Positions 13,565-26,261 of a DNA stretch of 64,000 nt are shown in pieces. Within the stretch, counting starts at the first letter, position 1. Each line of letters opens with the position of its first letter. The notes beneath the pieces are model-generated. The model saw nothing but the letters and a program-made list of their open reading frames with translations, did no database searches and was not told the origin of the DNA. Source of the stretch: Malacoraja senta (taxonomy: Eukaryota). Where the stretch lies: positions 8,930,001 through 8,994,000 of the forward strand of contig CM075993.1 of the NCBI GenBank assembly GCA_038087875.1, read 5' to 3'. Position numbers and translations under genes: made by a program.

Positions 13565-13844
13565 GTATGTGAAAACAAATGAATGAAAATGTAATTGATC
13601 AGTTATACATTTGAATGTTATTGGAAATTTCCAGTGTGGCTGAATGATCAAGGTAAGGTATTCTTAACTAACAACAAAAATCATAAATCCATCTGTAAAC
13701 CTGATTTATTCTTTCACTCCCATCTTGGCAGGTAAATAAAGATCTTAATTTGTTCTCTTTCACATGATGTTAAAAAGACTCATCAAAGAAAGATTGAGCA
13801 GAAGCAATTCACTTGCAAGTTACCTGGAATGAACGTCTTTCATT

Positions 13845-14240
13845 TCTGTGAGAGATTAGATAAGCTGCGATTGTTCGCACTGAAGTGTAGGAGGCTGAGG
13901 GCTGACCGTATACAGAATTTAAAATTATGAGGGCCATGGATAGGATAGATATTCAACAATCTATTTCCAAAGTCCTGAGGACATAGGTTTAAGGTGAGAA
14001 GAAAAATATTAAAGAAATCTAAGGGGCAGGTCTTCACAAAGATGGTAGTGGGTATATGGAACAAGCTGCCATAGGAGTTTGTAGAACCAGGTACATTTAT
14101 ACAACATTTAAAAGACATTTAGATGAGTACGTGCATAGGAAAGGAATAGAGGGGTCATATGCAGGAAAATGGATTTAACGTAGATAGGCATCTTGGTCAG
14201 CCAAAAGGCCTGATTCCATGTTGCAGGACTCCATGAGTCT
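13845..14240 (+). mobile_element. Decayed CR1 3' fragment
   Basis: aggaggctgagggctgacc..., tggaacaagctgcca, CR1 3' UTR remnant. Confidence 0.7.
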
Positions 14241-17200
14241 AATTGGAAAGAAGTGCTTACTGTTAGAGACCAAAATTATAATGTGTGTGTGTGATATGCG
14301 GAGGTGGTTGGCACATAGAACTCTGACTGAATACTTTATATGCGTCCTCCAAAAACAGGATTATAAAAGGTATTGACATCAATGAGGAGATTGTGGAATA
14401 TTGCAAATGTCAAGCAGGGAGAGTAGGGGGACATGATATTGTATATTTGAAAGAAGATATTGCCATACCTAAATAAAACATACCACAAACCCTAAATGAA
14501 GCAAAAGGGGAAATAACACAGGTACTGAGTAAAATATTCAATCAAATTTTGTGCCAGATATCTGAAAGATTGACAATGTGGTATCAAGGCTTAAAAAGGG
14601 TAGATGAGGTAACTACAAGCCAGTCAGCCTCATATCGACAGATTGTTGGAAAGTTATCAGAAGTATTGCATTAATCAAGATTTAGAGAGGCACTAGTTAA
14701 TCAGTGATATTATGTATTTGTTGTTGAAAGAAGATGAAAAAGGGTTTTTCCGCTGAAGAAGAATGACCAGTTAGGGTCCAAATTTAAAACCAAAACCAAA
14801 AATACCAATAATATCTGGATTACTTCCTGAACCATGTACAAATTGGCATAGGGTCAATAAGATTAAAGAGCTGAACTTGTGGCTCAATGATTCGTGTAGG
14901 AGAACTGGGTTTGAATTTTAGGGGTACTGGCACCAGTAATGGAGAAGGATGGAACTGTTCTATTTGGATTGTCTTCACTTGAGTTGGATTGTGATGAGTG
15001 ACTAACAAATGCAATAACAATGGATTGTGGATTGTAAATAAGGTTTTAAGATAAGTAATAAGGGGAGGATTCTAGTGAGGAGAAATGTAACATGTTAAAG
15101 AAAGATGATGCAGAATAGAGAAATGGGTAGTGTCTGCCAGGAAGAGCAGGGAAAATTGGTAAAAAGACATAGGCTGTTTATCGAAAAATCCAAACAGCAT
15201 TTGTAACAATAGATGAATTAATAGCATAAATAGAAATACATGAGAATAATCTAACAACGATTAAGAAGACTTGGATTCAAAGTGATCAAGCTAAGTATTT
15301 CAGGATTCATAATTTTCGGAAAGGATGGCCAAAATGTGAATGGTGGGATAGCCCTGATAATAAAGGATTGTTGCTTAGAAGATCAAGGTGGAATCTGGGT
15401 GGAGCTAAGAAGCAGCAAAAGCTAGATAACTTATGAGCTATCTGTAAACTCCCAAATGGTAATGATAATGCAGGGCATTGTATAAATTAGGATATTGGAA
15501 GCACATAGAGCAAGGAAAGTTCAATATTCATGGAGGATATCTATCTACACGTGGACTAATTACATTAATACATAGTGTAGGAAGGAATACTTTATGCTTG
15601 CATACCCAATGTATAGAAATAGCGGCCACCTACGGCGCTGACAAAGTTACAATACACGCCTGCTCCCCCCTTTTGTCCCCCACGCTGGGTCCCCTTTGGT
15701 ACCCCTCCCCCAATTGTCTATTGTTCTCTCCCCACCTCCCTCACGGCAGTCCCCCTACGCCAGGTCCTCCATGGTTCTTCCCCCTCCTCCACGTTCACAT
15801 CGACCGTCAACCTTGAGTCAACCCATGAGGCATCGCCGCTGCCGCGAGGCTTCACTACCGCCGAAGCCCCATCGTCACGAGGCTTCCCTGTTGCTGCCAC
15901 TTCACCTTCACCGAGGCTTCAATGCTGTCCCCACTTCACGCCTCCGTGGTGCTGACCCGGGTCCCAGCCACAGGCTCTGTCAGCCACTTCACCGACCCGC
16001 GAGGCCCCAGCCCAGCCCCGAAATTCCTTGTATAAGAGATTTTCTAGATCAGTAAGCTGAGGACATCTGTCATAGATCTAGTATTTTGTAATGAGAAAGA
16101 TTAATTTGTAACTCGGTATTTAATCTGCTGTACTGGACTGTTGACAATATAATAGATTTTTAAAATATGAATACTGAAATGCATTTGGTTCTTAAATCCA
16201 AACAAAGGCAATTTAGAAAAGTATGAGGCATGCATTGGCTTGATCGAGAATTACATTAAAATATGACAGTCAGTAAAAAATCATAAATATACTTAAAGGA
16301 TTAATACGTAGTTTACAACAAATCTATATAACTACATGTCACAGAAACCCAACAGATAAAGTGGTTCAGCTGTGGTTAAGGGAAGGACCTAAAAATAGTA
16401 TGAAAGCAAAGACTAATTTTGTCTCAAGTTGCCAAAAAAAGTAACCAGAGAAGTATGAAAATTCACTCGAGATCTTCGGGGCTGAGGGAAGAGATTGATA
16501 GATTGGATACTAACGGAATCAATGGATTTGATGTTAATGCAGGAAATTGGAACTGATGTAAAAGAATACCTATGATCTATTTAATGATGGAGCAGGCATA
16601 AGGGGCTGAATGGTGTAGAGAGGTAAAGAACAATGAATGAAAGATATGCAAAAAAGTAACGATGATAAAAGAAACAGGGTTTGTTAGCTGTTTGTTGGGT
16701 GATAACGAGAAGCTGGTGTGACTTGGGTGGGATTTTAAAAAGGAATGGCTTTGGTTTTATACAAATATATTGGTTTTATTTTCCAAAAGTGACTATTTCG
16801 GGAAGGTCTATTTGATTAGAAAATAGTAAATGTACTTTATTCAAAATGAATGGGGGAAAGAGAAAGCAAGAAAATAAGGCCAGGTTAACATACGTCAAAA
16901 GAGAAATATTAGAAAGTGTTAGTAAGGATATTAGAGCAGGGCATGTAAAAAAAAAGTCACGGTAATCAGCTGCAATGGCCATAGTTGTGTGGAAGAGACA
17001 TCATGTTTCTACAATTTAGACTGGAGATTTGTTGAGATTCTTTGAAAATATAATGCATACAAAAGAGCACCTAGAAGATTTCCAAAAGGCATTTGATAAG
17101 GTGTCACTTCAAAGCTTATTGAAGAAAATATAAGCTCATGCATGGAAGATAATATATTGACATGAATAGAAGATTGATTGCCTAACAGAAAAAAGAGTAG

Positions 17201-17479
17201 CAAAGTTTGTATGATTTATATAGTTGTAGATGAAGTGGCTGGTAAATGTATTCAGAAGATCATTTATAGTGTTGGTACATATGAAGACAATAGCAATTCT
17301 TTTCCACAAATGTGTACTGTTCTAAGATCTCATGTGGTATTTTACCACAATACACTCACATATAGGAATATTTGAGAATTTACTTCATCTTTCTGTCTAA
17401 TTGTAATACTACAGTGTTAATGTAGTGCCTTCTGCTCAATCCTTGAATGTAGCAAACTTTTATGAATTCATTATTTCAG

Positions 17480-17605
17480 ATATTAATGAATGTGAACTGA
17501 ATCCTCTTCTGTGTCGTGGAGGAACCTGTGAAAATACAGATGGAAGCTTCCGTTGTTCGTGTCCACCTGGCCATGAAGTATCTTTGGACGGGATATCATG
17601 CATAG
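17480..17605 (+). CDS. FBN1: Fibrillin exon cbEGF13 ([42 protein letters not shown])
   Basis: ttcag| ... |gtaaac, 126 nt. Confidence 0.96.
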
Positions 17606-18195
17606 GTAAACTGCTGTTGATAAAAGCTCCAAACCGAGGAGTACTTTTGAAAATTACTTAAATTCTTAAATGATTTCATCTTTGAAATTTTAAATAAATT
17701 GACAATGTTTCCAAAACTAATTTGAAAAAACATAAAAGTAGCAAATGTTTTCTTCTTTTTAATGATGGTTAGATATAAACATGATAGAGACCAACGTGAG
17801 AAAATATTTGTTAAGGTTGAGCTGTTCACAATACAGGCCAGTAACATTTCCATATGCTGTTGATGCATAATTCTTGTGTATTCCAACCTGTAAACTTAAG
17901 TTTGGCAAGTTGTGCTATCAGTTGTTAGTGAATCTTTTTACCAATAAATCATCTGCATTTACTCCAATTTACAGAATTAAGATATTAAGTATTAATCTGC
18001 ATATACTGCCAAATATTTAGCTGACAGTTTACTCATCTTTATTGAAATTCATTGTCAAATTTAGTCTCCAAAGAATCATGTGTGTTTCCTTAATGAATCT
18101 GTTGTGGCGGCACCTGGCGGTATCTTTCATATTGCTGTGTGCCGTATTTTTTAATAATTTGCTTCTAACTTTGATACTTTCAAATATTTTTACAG

Positions 18196-18321
18196 ATGTA
18201 AATGAATGTGGATTGAGTGACAACCTTTGTAAAAATGGTCGTTGTGTCAACATGATTGGAAGGTATCAATGTGCCTGCAACACTGGCTACCAAGCAACAC
18301 CTGACAGACAAGGATGTGTTG
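18196..18321 (+). CDS. FBN1: Fibrillin exon cbEGF14 ([42 protein letters not shown])
   Basis: tacag| ... |gtaagc, 126 nt. Confidence 0.96.
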
Positions 18322-18531
18322 GTAAGCACGATTTGACTGACTTCCTTCTTTCTCTGCAAGGGGCAGAAGGAAGTCAGACAATTAGAAACCTAATAAGCAT
18401 CCATGCTCAATGGTAGGGCCATGATTTGACTGTGTCAGAACATGATATTTTCCGGCAAACCTTTCTCTCGCACAGGCCCATCTCCTTTTTAAATGTTAAC
18501 CATTGTTTGATTGTCACTTTACTTGCCAATT

Positions 18532-18742
18532 CAGTCACTGCCCGACTTACATAATTGGTGACTTACGTCACAAATACGCAAGCATCCTTTAAGCCCAGTG
18601 GTGCTCACGTGGGCTCTGCGTCGGAGCTCCCTTGTGGTCTTCGCATTGAACAGTAAATTTACACGTGCGCAGTCGCACTTTCGTTTCCGACTTACATAAC
18701 ATTCGACCAAGGGTAACCCTCACATTAGACGGGGAGTGCCTG
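18532..18742. mobile_element. Possible old Tigger-like MITE
   Basis: Imperfect TIRs cagtcactgcccgac / gacggggagtgcctg+TA. Confidence 0.4.
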
Positions 18743-19252
18743 TATTTGATTCAATTTTACTCAAGCCAGATCTATTTTCAACTCCTTGAATTTGATGCTC
18801 CTAAAAAAATAACTTTATTCTGACTGTTCCTTGCCCTCTCCCATTTCCAATCTAAACTATGATAACATCAGCACTGTTCCAGAAATGTTACTACACTAAT
18901 GCTTCCTTCAGTCGACCTAGTTTATCTCCTAAAATGAGATCTATAATATCACCTCCTGTTCTAATCCAAAAAGTACTAGCCAAGTAAGAACATAATTTTA
19001 TTTTTGGTTATGCATACATCAAAAGTATAAACAGAATGTCCACCAGGACTCTACCTAGGAGCAATTAGCATGAATCGTGCCTGTAAAATATGTTGTTCCT
19101 GGATTACAAAATATGTTTGCTTTTCAAGTTCTTTTTCACTGTTGGTATCACATATCCAACTAACTCTGTCATTCTCCGCCAACTGACACTACATCACTTC
19201 AGAATTAAAAGTTTATTCATTGTAAAACTCACCCACCATATTTTAATTGCAG

Positions 19253-19375
19253 ATATTGACGAATGCACAATAGCGAATGGAGGATGTGAGACTTACTGTA
19301 CAAATTCTGATGGCAGTTATGAATGCAGCTGTACGAGTGGATTTGCCTTGCTGCCAGACCAACGATCTTGCACAG
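19253..19375 (+). CDS. FBN1: Fibrillin exon cbEGF15 ([41 protein letters not shown])
   Basis: tgcag| ... CAG|gtaaaa, 123 nt. Confidence 0.96.
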
Positions 19376-19417
19376 GTAAAACACAGGTATTCAGATGTTG
19401 GTAAGACATTAATTCAC

Positions 19418-19479
19418 AGTTTTTGGTATAACTTCTTTCTAAAAGTATAGTTTTTGGTATAATTTCTTTCTAAAAGTAT
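19418..19479. repeat. 31-bp tandem duplication
   Basis: agtttttggtataa(c/t)ttctttctaaaagtat x2, one mismatch. Confidence 0.9.
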
Positions 19480-19825
19480 ATTAATTGATTGGAAACTAAT
19501 TAAAGCAAATTGATCTACTATGGAGGGATATATTTGGAAAACTCTATTAGGAATAAAATATTTAATGATTAAATCGAGATATTCAATAGTTGCTTGGACT
19601 GCTGCACTTTTACTTTTTGCTATTTATATTCCAAGGATTGTTTGAAGGCCTGTAATACACTGTAAACAATATTGCTGCATCCTCTTTGTTCAATTCAATC
19701 CATAAAGCTCATTGTATGATCCTTATAACAGATCATCCCCTCTCCTTAACCAATATTGTTATTCCCTTCCCTCCTTTGTATTTCCCTTTCCATCTCATCT
19801 GAAAACCTATTACCAGGAACATTAA

Positions 19826-19861
19826 GTTTGTTTAAGAAGGAAATGCAGTTGCTGGAAAATC
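19826..19861 (-). mobile_element. 36-bp Penelope pLTR tail with 15-bp TSD
   Basis: TACCAGGAACATTAA at 19811-19825 and 19862-19876 flank tgtttaagaaggaaatgcagttgctgg. Confidence 0.75.
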
Positions 19862-21603
19862 TACCAGGAACATTAACCTTTGCTCTGCCGCTCTAATTCA
19901 CAGGTGACTCTTTGCTCAACTACATTAATTCCATCTGCTCACAGTAGGATGATATGTAGTCTATTTAAGTAGGTTTCGGTGCCTCTCAAACATAGTGATT
20001 GATACCACCACCTCCGCTAGCAGGCGTATCCCAGGTAATAACTTTCTCTGTGTAAAAAAAACTTGTTCCTTAGATCCTCTTTAAAATTCTTTCCTCTCAC
20101 CTTAGAACCTACGCCATCTTGTTTTCGATAACCCTACCATGGGAAAAAATATTCTGACAACCTGTCCTATGTATGACTTTCATTATATACCTATATACTT
20201 CTACTATCAAGTCACTCCTGATCCTCCTTCGGGGAAAATAAGCTGTATCTCTCCCCATAACTGAAATTGCAGAGTGCAGGCAAAATCCTGGTGAAAAAAT
20301 GGCAGTTCCTCCAGCATTTTCATTTTTGCTCATGATTCCAGCATCTCTAGTTCCTTGTGTCAACATCATGTGAATTTCCCCTCTGCACTCTCTCCAGCAC
20401 ATAACTTATTTCATATAGATGGGTGCTTTATGGATGGATAGGGTGGGCTAAGCAAGAGGGTCTGTTTCATTGCTGTAAGAGTCTATGATTGGTTCTGTGT
20501 TGTTTATAATAGCCCATTTTATGCCTCGTAAGCCACAATTTATTTGACTTAATCAGTGTATTCCTTGGATTTACATAAATTATTCAGACTTTTTTTGTTA
20601 TCTAATTTCCTTCTGCTTTTAAAACCGTCTCTCAATTTCTGCTATTTCTGCTTTACTCCCTTCTGAATTTTTGTTTACCTTTCAGTCACTGTGCCAAGCT
20701 TATCTAAACCCTCCCCAACAGAACTAGCAAACTTATCTGCAAGGCTATTGTTGTTAGTCTTGCTGAGGTGCAAATGTTTGACATATACAGTTCCATGTTC
20801 TCTAGAATTGATCCCAGTGCCCAGTAATCTAAAGATTTCCTTCCTACATTACATCTCAATCTAAGCATTAATCTATTATTCTATTTCTATCCTCACTGGT
20901 GCATGGCACCAGTGGTAATCTAGTAATCAGTTTATTTTGGTTGTGCTTCTCAACCTCTCTTAACTCCTTAAAGTCTGCCCAAATGATCTCATCCCTTTCT
21001 TCACCTGTATTTCCGATGCTGATATTGATTTTAATTTCTTGTTGTTTAGCCTCTCCCATCAGAACGTCCTGTAGACGTTTAGTGATATCTTTAAACTCTG
21101 ATGCCAAAGAGGCAACATACTATCTAGAATCATATCTGCTCCCCTAGTATAAAGCAGGTAACTTGACTGACTACTCATCCCATTGTGTCACCTACAAAAT
21201 GCATTGTAGCATCTCACCAAAGGTTCTTCAGCAGTGTCTCTCAAACTTGTGACCATCAACATTTAGAAGGATGGGGACAACAGGTATGCAGGGTCAAAAT
21301 CCTACATAACTTCATGGTGGGACTACATTTATCCAAGTCATAAATGAAGACATTACCAGTGATGGCCACGTACCATGAGTGAATATGACAAAAGCACTCA
21401 TGACTTGTGCCATGGGATGTGCTAAGTTCTTTCTAAACAGGTAAAAGGAACCTTAATTAATATTTCATAAAATGTATGGCGTCTTTGATATTGTTGGTTT
21501 GTATTAACGTTTGATGTTACCATGCTTTACATTATAATTCTCCTTGTATATGTTGAAATACGGATAGAAACGTGATAATTATGTAAACTTTTTTAAATTT
21601 CAG

Positions 21604-21729
21604 ATATTGATGAGTGTGAGGACAATCCTGACATATGTGATGGAGGCCAGTGCATCAATATACCAGGAGAATATCAGTGTTTGTGCTATGATGGATTTAT
21701 GGCATCTGAGGATATGAAGACCTGTCTAG
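21604..21729 (+). CDS. FBN1: Fibrillin exon cbEGF16 ([42 protein letters not shown])
   Basis: ttcag| ... TAG|gttaga, 126 nt. Confidence 0.96.
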
Positions 21730-21843
21730 GTTAGATGTAATTCTCTTGCTCATATTTCAGCTATTTGAGTCTGTAGTGAAAATAAAATTATGAATTTAAT
21801 AATGTTCATTTAAGGATAGAACTTCAGTAAACAATTAATGGAT

Positions 21844-23440
21844 ACTAGACTAAGTGGGGCCCGTTGGGTCCCTGTCACACGGGAGGCCTGGTCCCCCAAC
21901 GCAACCCATTCCTCAACGCAATATTCCACCACTCACCCATACCCCCTAACTGCGCAGGCGTGGATCATTTCTCCTCATCCCGCAGCACTCCCTCCCCCTC
22001 TCCATGTGTGGGAGGGGAGGGGGAGGGTGTGTGTGTGGGCGGGAGGTTTGTGGGGGGGGAGGGGTGGGGTGTGTGGGCGGGGGGGTGTCGGGGAGGGAGG
22101 TTGTGGGAGGAGGGGAGAGGAGCATGTGGGTGGGGGGTAGGGGTGTGGGAGGTTGCGGGGGGATGGGTGGGGGGGTTATGCGGGGGAGGGGTGTGTGGGC
22201 AGGGGTGTTGTGGCGGGGGGGTTTGTGGTGTGTGTGGGCGGGTGGATTGTGGGAGGAGGGGGTTGTGTGGGCTGGGGGAGTGTGGGGGCACGGGGGGTTG
22301 TGGGGTGGGGGAGTTGTGAGGTGGAGGGGGTGTGTTGTGTGGGCGGGGTGGTGAGGGTTGTGTGGGTGGAGGGTGTGGGGGCAAGGGGGTTGTGGGGCGG
22401 GAGGGGGGAGTGTGGGCAGGGGGGGTGAGTGCAGGAGAATGGTGAGTGAGCTGTCGAAAAATCGTAGCGCTATCGGGTACCGTTTTTGCGCAAATAGAAA
22501 AACCCCGCAAACCGTAAGAGCACAAGATCAGAGTTTTAGTTATGTACTAGACCAAGAGCAGACCCGATGGGTCTGGACCCCGAACGTGCTTCAGACCCCG
22601 GGGTCTGGTTCCCGAACGTGCGGCAGCAGCCGTTATGGTGGCTGGCCAGCAGGAGGAGACAAAATTAGTGAGTGGGGGGGGGTGGATTTTATTTTAAAAT
22701 GTGTACATAAAAATGTCTAAATCTAATAAGGAGTGTGTTAGGGTATGTAAAAGTGTAATGTCTAGCGAAATGGAAAAAATCGCGGAGTTTTCGCGTGTGG
22801 TTTTGGCGGAGCAAGGAATCAAAGGCGCAAATCTGACACAAACACACACACCCACACTCCCACACACACACAGAGTTTTAAAGATAGACTAGACCAAGTG
22901 CAGACCCGTTGGGTCTGGACACCGAACGTGCTTAAGACCCTGGGGTGTGAGATCCCGAACGTGCTTCAGACCCCTGGGTGAAAATAATTAGCGGGAAAAA
23001 AACAGAACATGTTTCAGACTCCGGGGTGAAAACTCAGAACGTGCTTCAGACCCCTGGACACTGAATGTACTTCAGAAGCCGGTGTTTTAGAGTCTGAACG
23101 TGATTCATACCCCGGGGTTGAAAATTGCTTGCGAAAAAAAGATGGCGTCGTTTTCGGAGTAGAGGAGGTCGGCAGCAGCCGTTATGGTGGCTGACCAGCA
23201 GGAGGAGACAAAATGAGTGAGTGGGGTGGGGGGTGATGTATTTTATTTTAAAATGTGTACATAAACAGGAAGAAATTTAATCAGGAGTGTCTTCGTAAAG
23301 ATAAATGTAATCTCTTTAGAAATGGTAAAAAATATCGGCGTTTCCGTGTGCTGTGTGGGCCTAGGGCGGTATCAAAGGGGATTTGATGGCAGACACGTCA
23401 GGCGGATGGCAGCCACAGAGTTTTAATAGTATATCTAGAT
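21844..23440 (+). mobile_element. Head-to-tail array of three non-autonomous Helentron/Helitron-like (HINE/DINE-1-like) elements
   Basis: Units start ACTAGAC plus a short hairpin at 21844, 22546 and 22888; each ends CAGAGTTTTA...; no TIR/TSD; internal satellites. Confidence 0.55.
22003..22430 (+). repeat. G-rich degenerate minisatellite (GGGAGGGGTGTGTG-like), G-quadruplex prone
   Basis: Dozens of G3+ runs separated by TGTG linkers. Confidence 0.9.
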
Positions 23441-23509
23441 AGATAGATAGAAAGAAAGAATGTGCACCAACTCTATGATTGCTGTAATCCTTTTAATTCT
23501 GACCTGCAG

Positions 23510-23635
23510 ATGTTAATGAATGTGAACTTAATCCAAACGTATGTCTTAGTGGCACCTGTGAGAACACTAAAGGATCATTCATTTGTCACTGTGAACTGGG
23601 GTATTCTGTGAAGAAAGGAACAACAGGTTGCACAG
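23510..23635 (+). CDS. FBN1: Fibrillin exon cbEGF17 ([42 protein letters not shown])
   Basis: ctgcag| ... CAG|gtaaat, 126 nt. Confidence 0.96.
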
Positions 23636-24087
23636 GTAAATAAAAAATCAACTCTTTTTTTGCTTCATTAAAATTTGCATTTAAATTAATTAGTTGAAAA
23701 TATTGTCTCATTGTATGACCATAAAGAGTCTACAAATCCAAGAAAAATTCAATCAAATCCTGAGAAAATCTACGCTCGCTAATATGTCACAAATCAACTA
23801 CAACCAATTTTAACAACATTCCCATGCATCACAATGCTTCATGTATATTATACCTAGCTCAATGTATATTATGTTTTATAATCAAAGAAAACATAAAACA
23901 AATCAGTAAAGTGTATGTATATCAATATGGTGTGTGGTTATTGTTGTTTGCTATACAGTAAACCCTCATTATTACGGACCTCTTTATAACGGATTTCAGT
24001 TAAAGCAGACGGAATGTCCCCACAATAATCAGAAACCATGGTCCCTTTAAGAACACAGCTAGTTACACTGCGGAGGCCAATGAAGGA

Positions 24088-24370
24088 GGGTGGCACGGTG
24101 CAGCAGCGGTAGAGTTGTTGCCAAAGACTGGGTTCGATCCTGACTACGGGTTATGTGTGTACGGAGTTTGTACGTTCTCCCCATGATTGCGTGGGTTTTG
24201 TCTTGATGTTCCGGTTTCCTCCTTCACCCCAAAGACATGCAGGTTTGTAGGTTAATTGGCTTTACAAATAAAATGTAAATTGTCCCTAAAATGTCAGTGT
24301 ACGGGAATCGCTGGTCGGCACTGTTCAGTAGGTCAAAGGGCCTGTTTCCACGCTGTATCTCTAAACTAAA
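24088..24370 (+). mobile_element. tRNA-derived SINE (HE1/V-SINE-like)
   Basis: A-box-like tggcacggtg, B-box GGTTCGATCC, core gtacgttctccccatgattgcgtgggtttt, CR1-like tail and (CTAAA)n. Confidence 0.85.
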
Positions 24371-24598
24371 TTGACAAGCAATTGCTTCTATTGACACTTA
24401 ACTCCATTAAACTTAACTCCTTTCATATTTTTAACTTTCAGTAACAAAAATATTTTTAGCTGTTAAAAATAACTTTGCACACTCAGCAGGTTAGTGTCTT
24501 TGGAAGGAGAAATGGAGGTAACGTTTAAGGTCGACGTCCTTTCACCCTGAACTCCGGGTATGACAGGAGGAGTTGCTTTACTAATTAAAGGGATGACT

Positions 24599-24812
24599 GA
24601 ACTGAACTGAACTTTATTTATAGAGCACTTTAAAAACAACCACTGTTGCAACAAAGTGCTGTACATGACTAATCATAAACATAAAACAACACAATAAAAA
24701 CATTAAAAGACAGTAAAAACAATAGACACACTAAAACAGGAGCAAAGTCTCATGCAGGGTCAAAAGCCAAGGAATAGAAAAGGGTTTTAAGACTAGTTTT
24801 GAAAATGGACAG
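24599..24812 (-). mobile_element. L2-like LINE 3' end inserted in an old CR1 remnant
   Basis: Reversed (TTCAG)n tail, tttatt polyA signal, agcacttt...aaagtgct hairpin. Confidence 0.55.
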
Positions 24813-25275
24813 TGACAGTATGGCAGTAGTGATGACATTACTGCAGATTCATTCAGTGAAGCTACAGGCAGAGAAATAAAAAGGGATGAGCACCTTATTA
24901 CGATTGTACTATACGCATCCAATAATCATTGGTAATTAGAAGAACAAATATGCCAGGGGATTGCAGGCAGCTGTAAGAATAATATGGTTGTCATGGTAGG
25001 GGGTTTTAACTTTCCATTTAAGAATGGATTTAACTTTCTATTTAAGAAAGACTGTGAAGAAAAAACTGGGAACTATAGACCAGAAAGCCTACCTACCAAC
25101 AGCAGCAGGAAAGTTACTGGACAGAATTCCGAGATTAGATAAACATGCTTTGGGAAGTCAAGAGTTGATTAGGGAGTCAACATTGTTTTGTCCATGTGAT
25201 ATCAAGCCTCATGAATTTAATTGAGATTTTTAATGAAGTAACCAAAATGTTTATGAGGGCAGGGTCGTAGAAGTA

Positions 25276-26261
25276 CCGTATTTCCCGGCAATGAAGACGC
25301 ACCCCCAATCTAAGTTGCTAAATTTTGAAAAAAGGATGGTGGGACATGATCAAGGGTTTGGTTTAGTCCAGGGGTCGGCAACATCGCCTGTGTGCCCCGG
25401 GACTGGCTTCAGTTCCCAGATCCCTCATGTCCCCAGGATTAGCTGCAGTTCCCAGGTCGCCTGCGAGCCCCAGGTCTGGCTGTTGCGCCCAGGTCGGCTC
25501 GCTTGCCCCAGGTCTGGCTGCAGTTCCCAGGTCGGCTGCGTGCCCCACAAATGGCTGCAGTTCCCAGGTCGGCTCGCTTGCCCCAGGACTAGCTGCAGTT
25601 CCCAGGTCGCCTGCCCCGGGACTGGCTTTAGCGCCCACGTCGCATGTCCCGGGACTAGTAGAGAGGGAGAGAGAGAGAGAGCCCTGGACGGAGCAGCCAG
25701 CCTTCCACCCAGTAGCTACCCACCAACCACCACCTCGCTGGTTGCACCTGTGCCGAAGGACACCGTGGCTGGCCGGCAGAAGGCGCTGAGGTTGCGGCCA
25801 TTTCCGCTGTCCGGTCCTGGCGGCCACTTGTAGCCACCCGAGCTACTTCCCTCCCTGGCCACAATGCGGTGGCAGAAGTAAGTGAGTGAGTTGCTGGCAT
25901 GATCCCCGACCCCTTCCTTCTCAACGCTCCTGCCCTCCCCACATCTTTACCCCTGGCGGCCCAGCCAATTTGTGCAGCCCAGGCATTGCTGACCCAGGCC
26001 AGACTCCGCACACACTGCGAAAGGAACTCTCCCCCTCCAGCGGCGCTGTTCTTTTACAGCCGCTTCCCATCAGCTGCCAGGAATGAGGGATAGACATGGC
26101 TATCCCTCAGTACAGCAACATAGTTCTTGATGTTGATGTACGGAGGGATAGACAAGTGTATCTTTCTTGGCTAACAACCTAACCTTCGGCCTCCAAGACC
26201 CAGGTAAATGCGTGTCTTATTTTTGGATTAAAAATAGAGTCTTCATTGCCGGGAAATACGG
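25276..26261. mobile_element. Complete non-autonomous pogo/Tigger-like DNA transposon (986 bp) with internal minisatellite
   Basis: Perfect 23-bp TIR CCGTATTTCCCGGCAATGAAGAC (25276-25298 / 26239-26261), TA TSD; inserted in a CR1 RT remnant; roughly 30-35-bp gctgcagttcccaggtcg repeats at about 25390-25655. Confidence 0.88.

Noticed and set aside
15617..16025. GC-rich island inside an old CR1 remnant as a CpG promoter
   Set aside because: Looks like an unclassified repeat insertion; termini and function could not be established
19376..19405. Alternative donors at +11 (cacag|gtattc) and +25 (ttg|gtaaga)
   Set aside because: Both would shift the frame; no evidence of use from sequence alone
21838..22720. 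Several Gly-rich and Pro/His-rich ORFs
   Set aside because: Artefacts of the G-rich satellite, which lacks stop codons
22580..23120. Spaced gaacgtgcttcagacccc repeats resembling a CRISPR array
   Set aside because: Irregular spacing, degenerate units, related spacers, eukaryotic intron, no cas genes
24088..24150. tRNA-like sequence (also at 10330)
   Set aside because: No complete cloverleaf; continues into SINE core and tail
25291..26093. Overlapping ORFs in several frames
   Set aside because: GC-rich minisatellite inside a MITE; no transposase motifs
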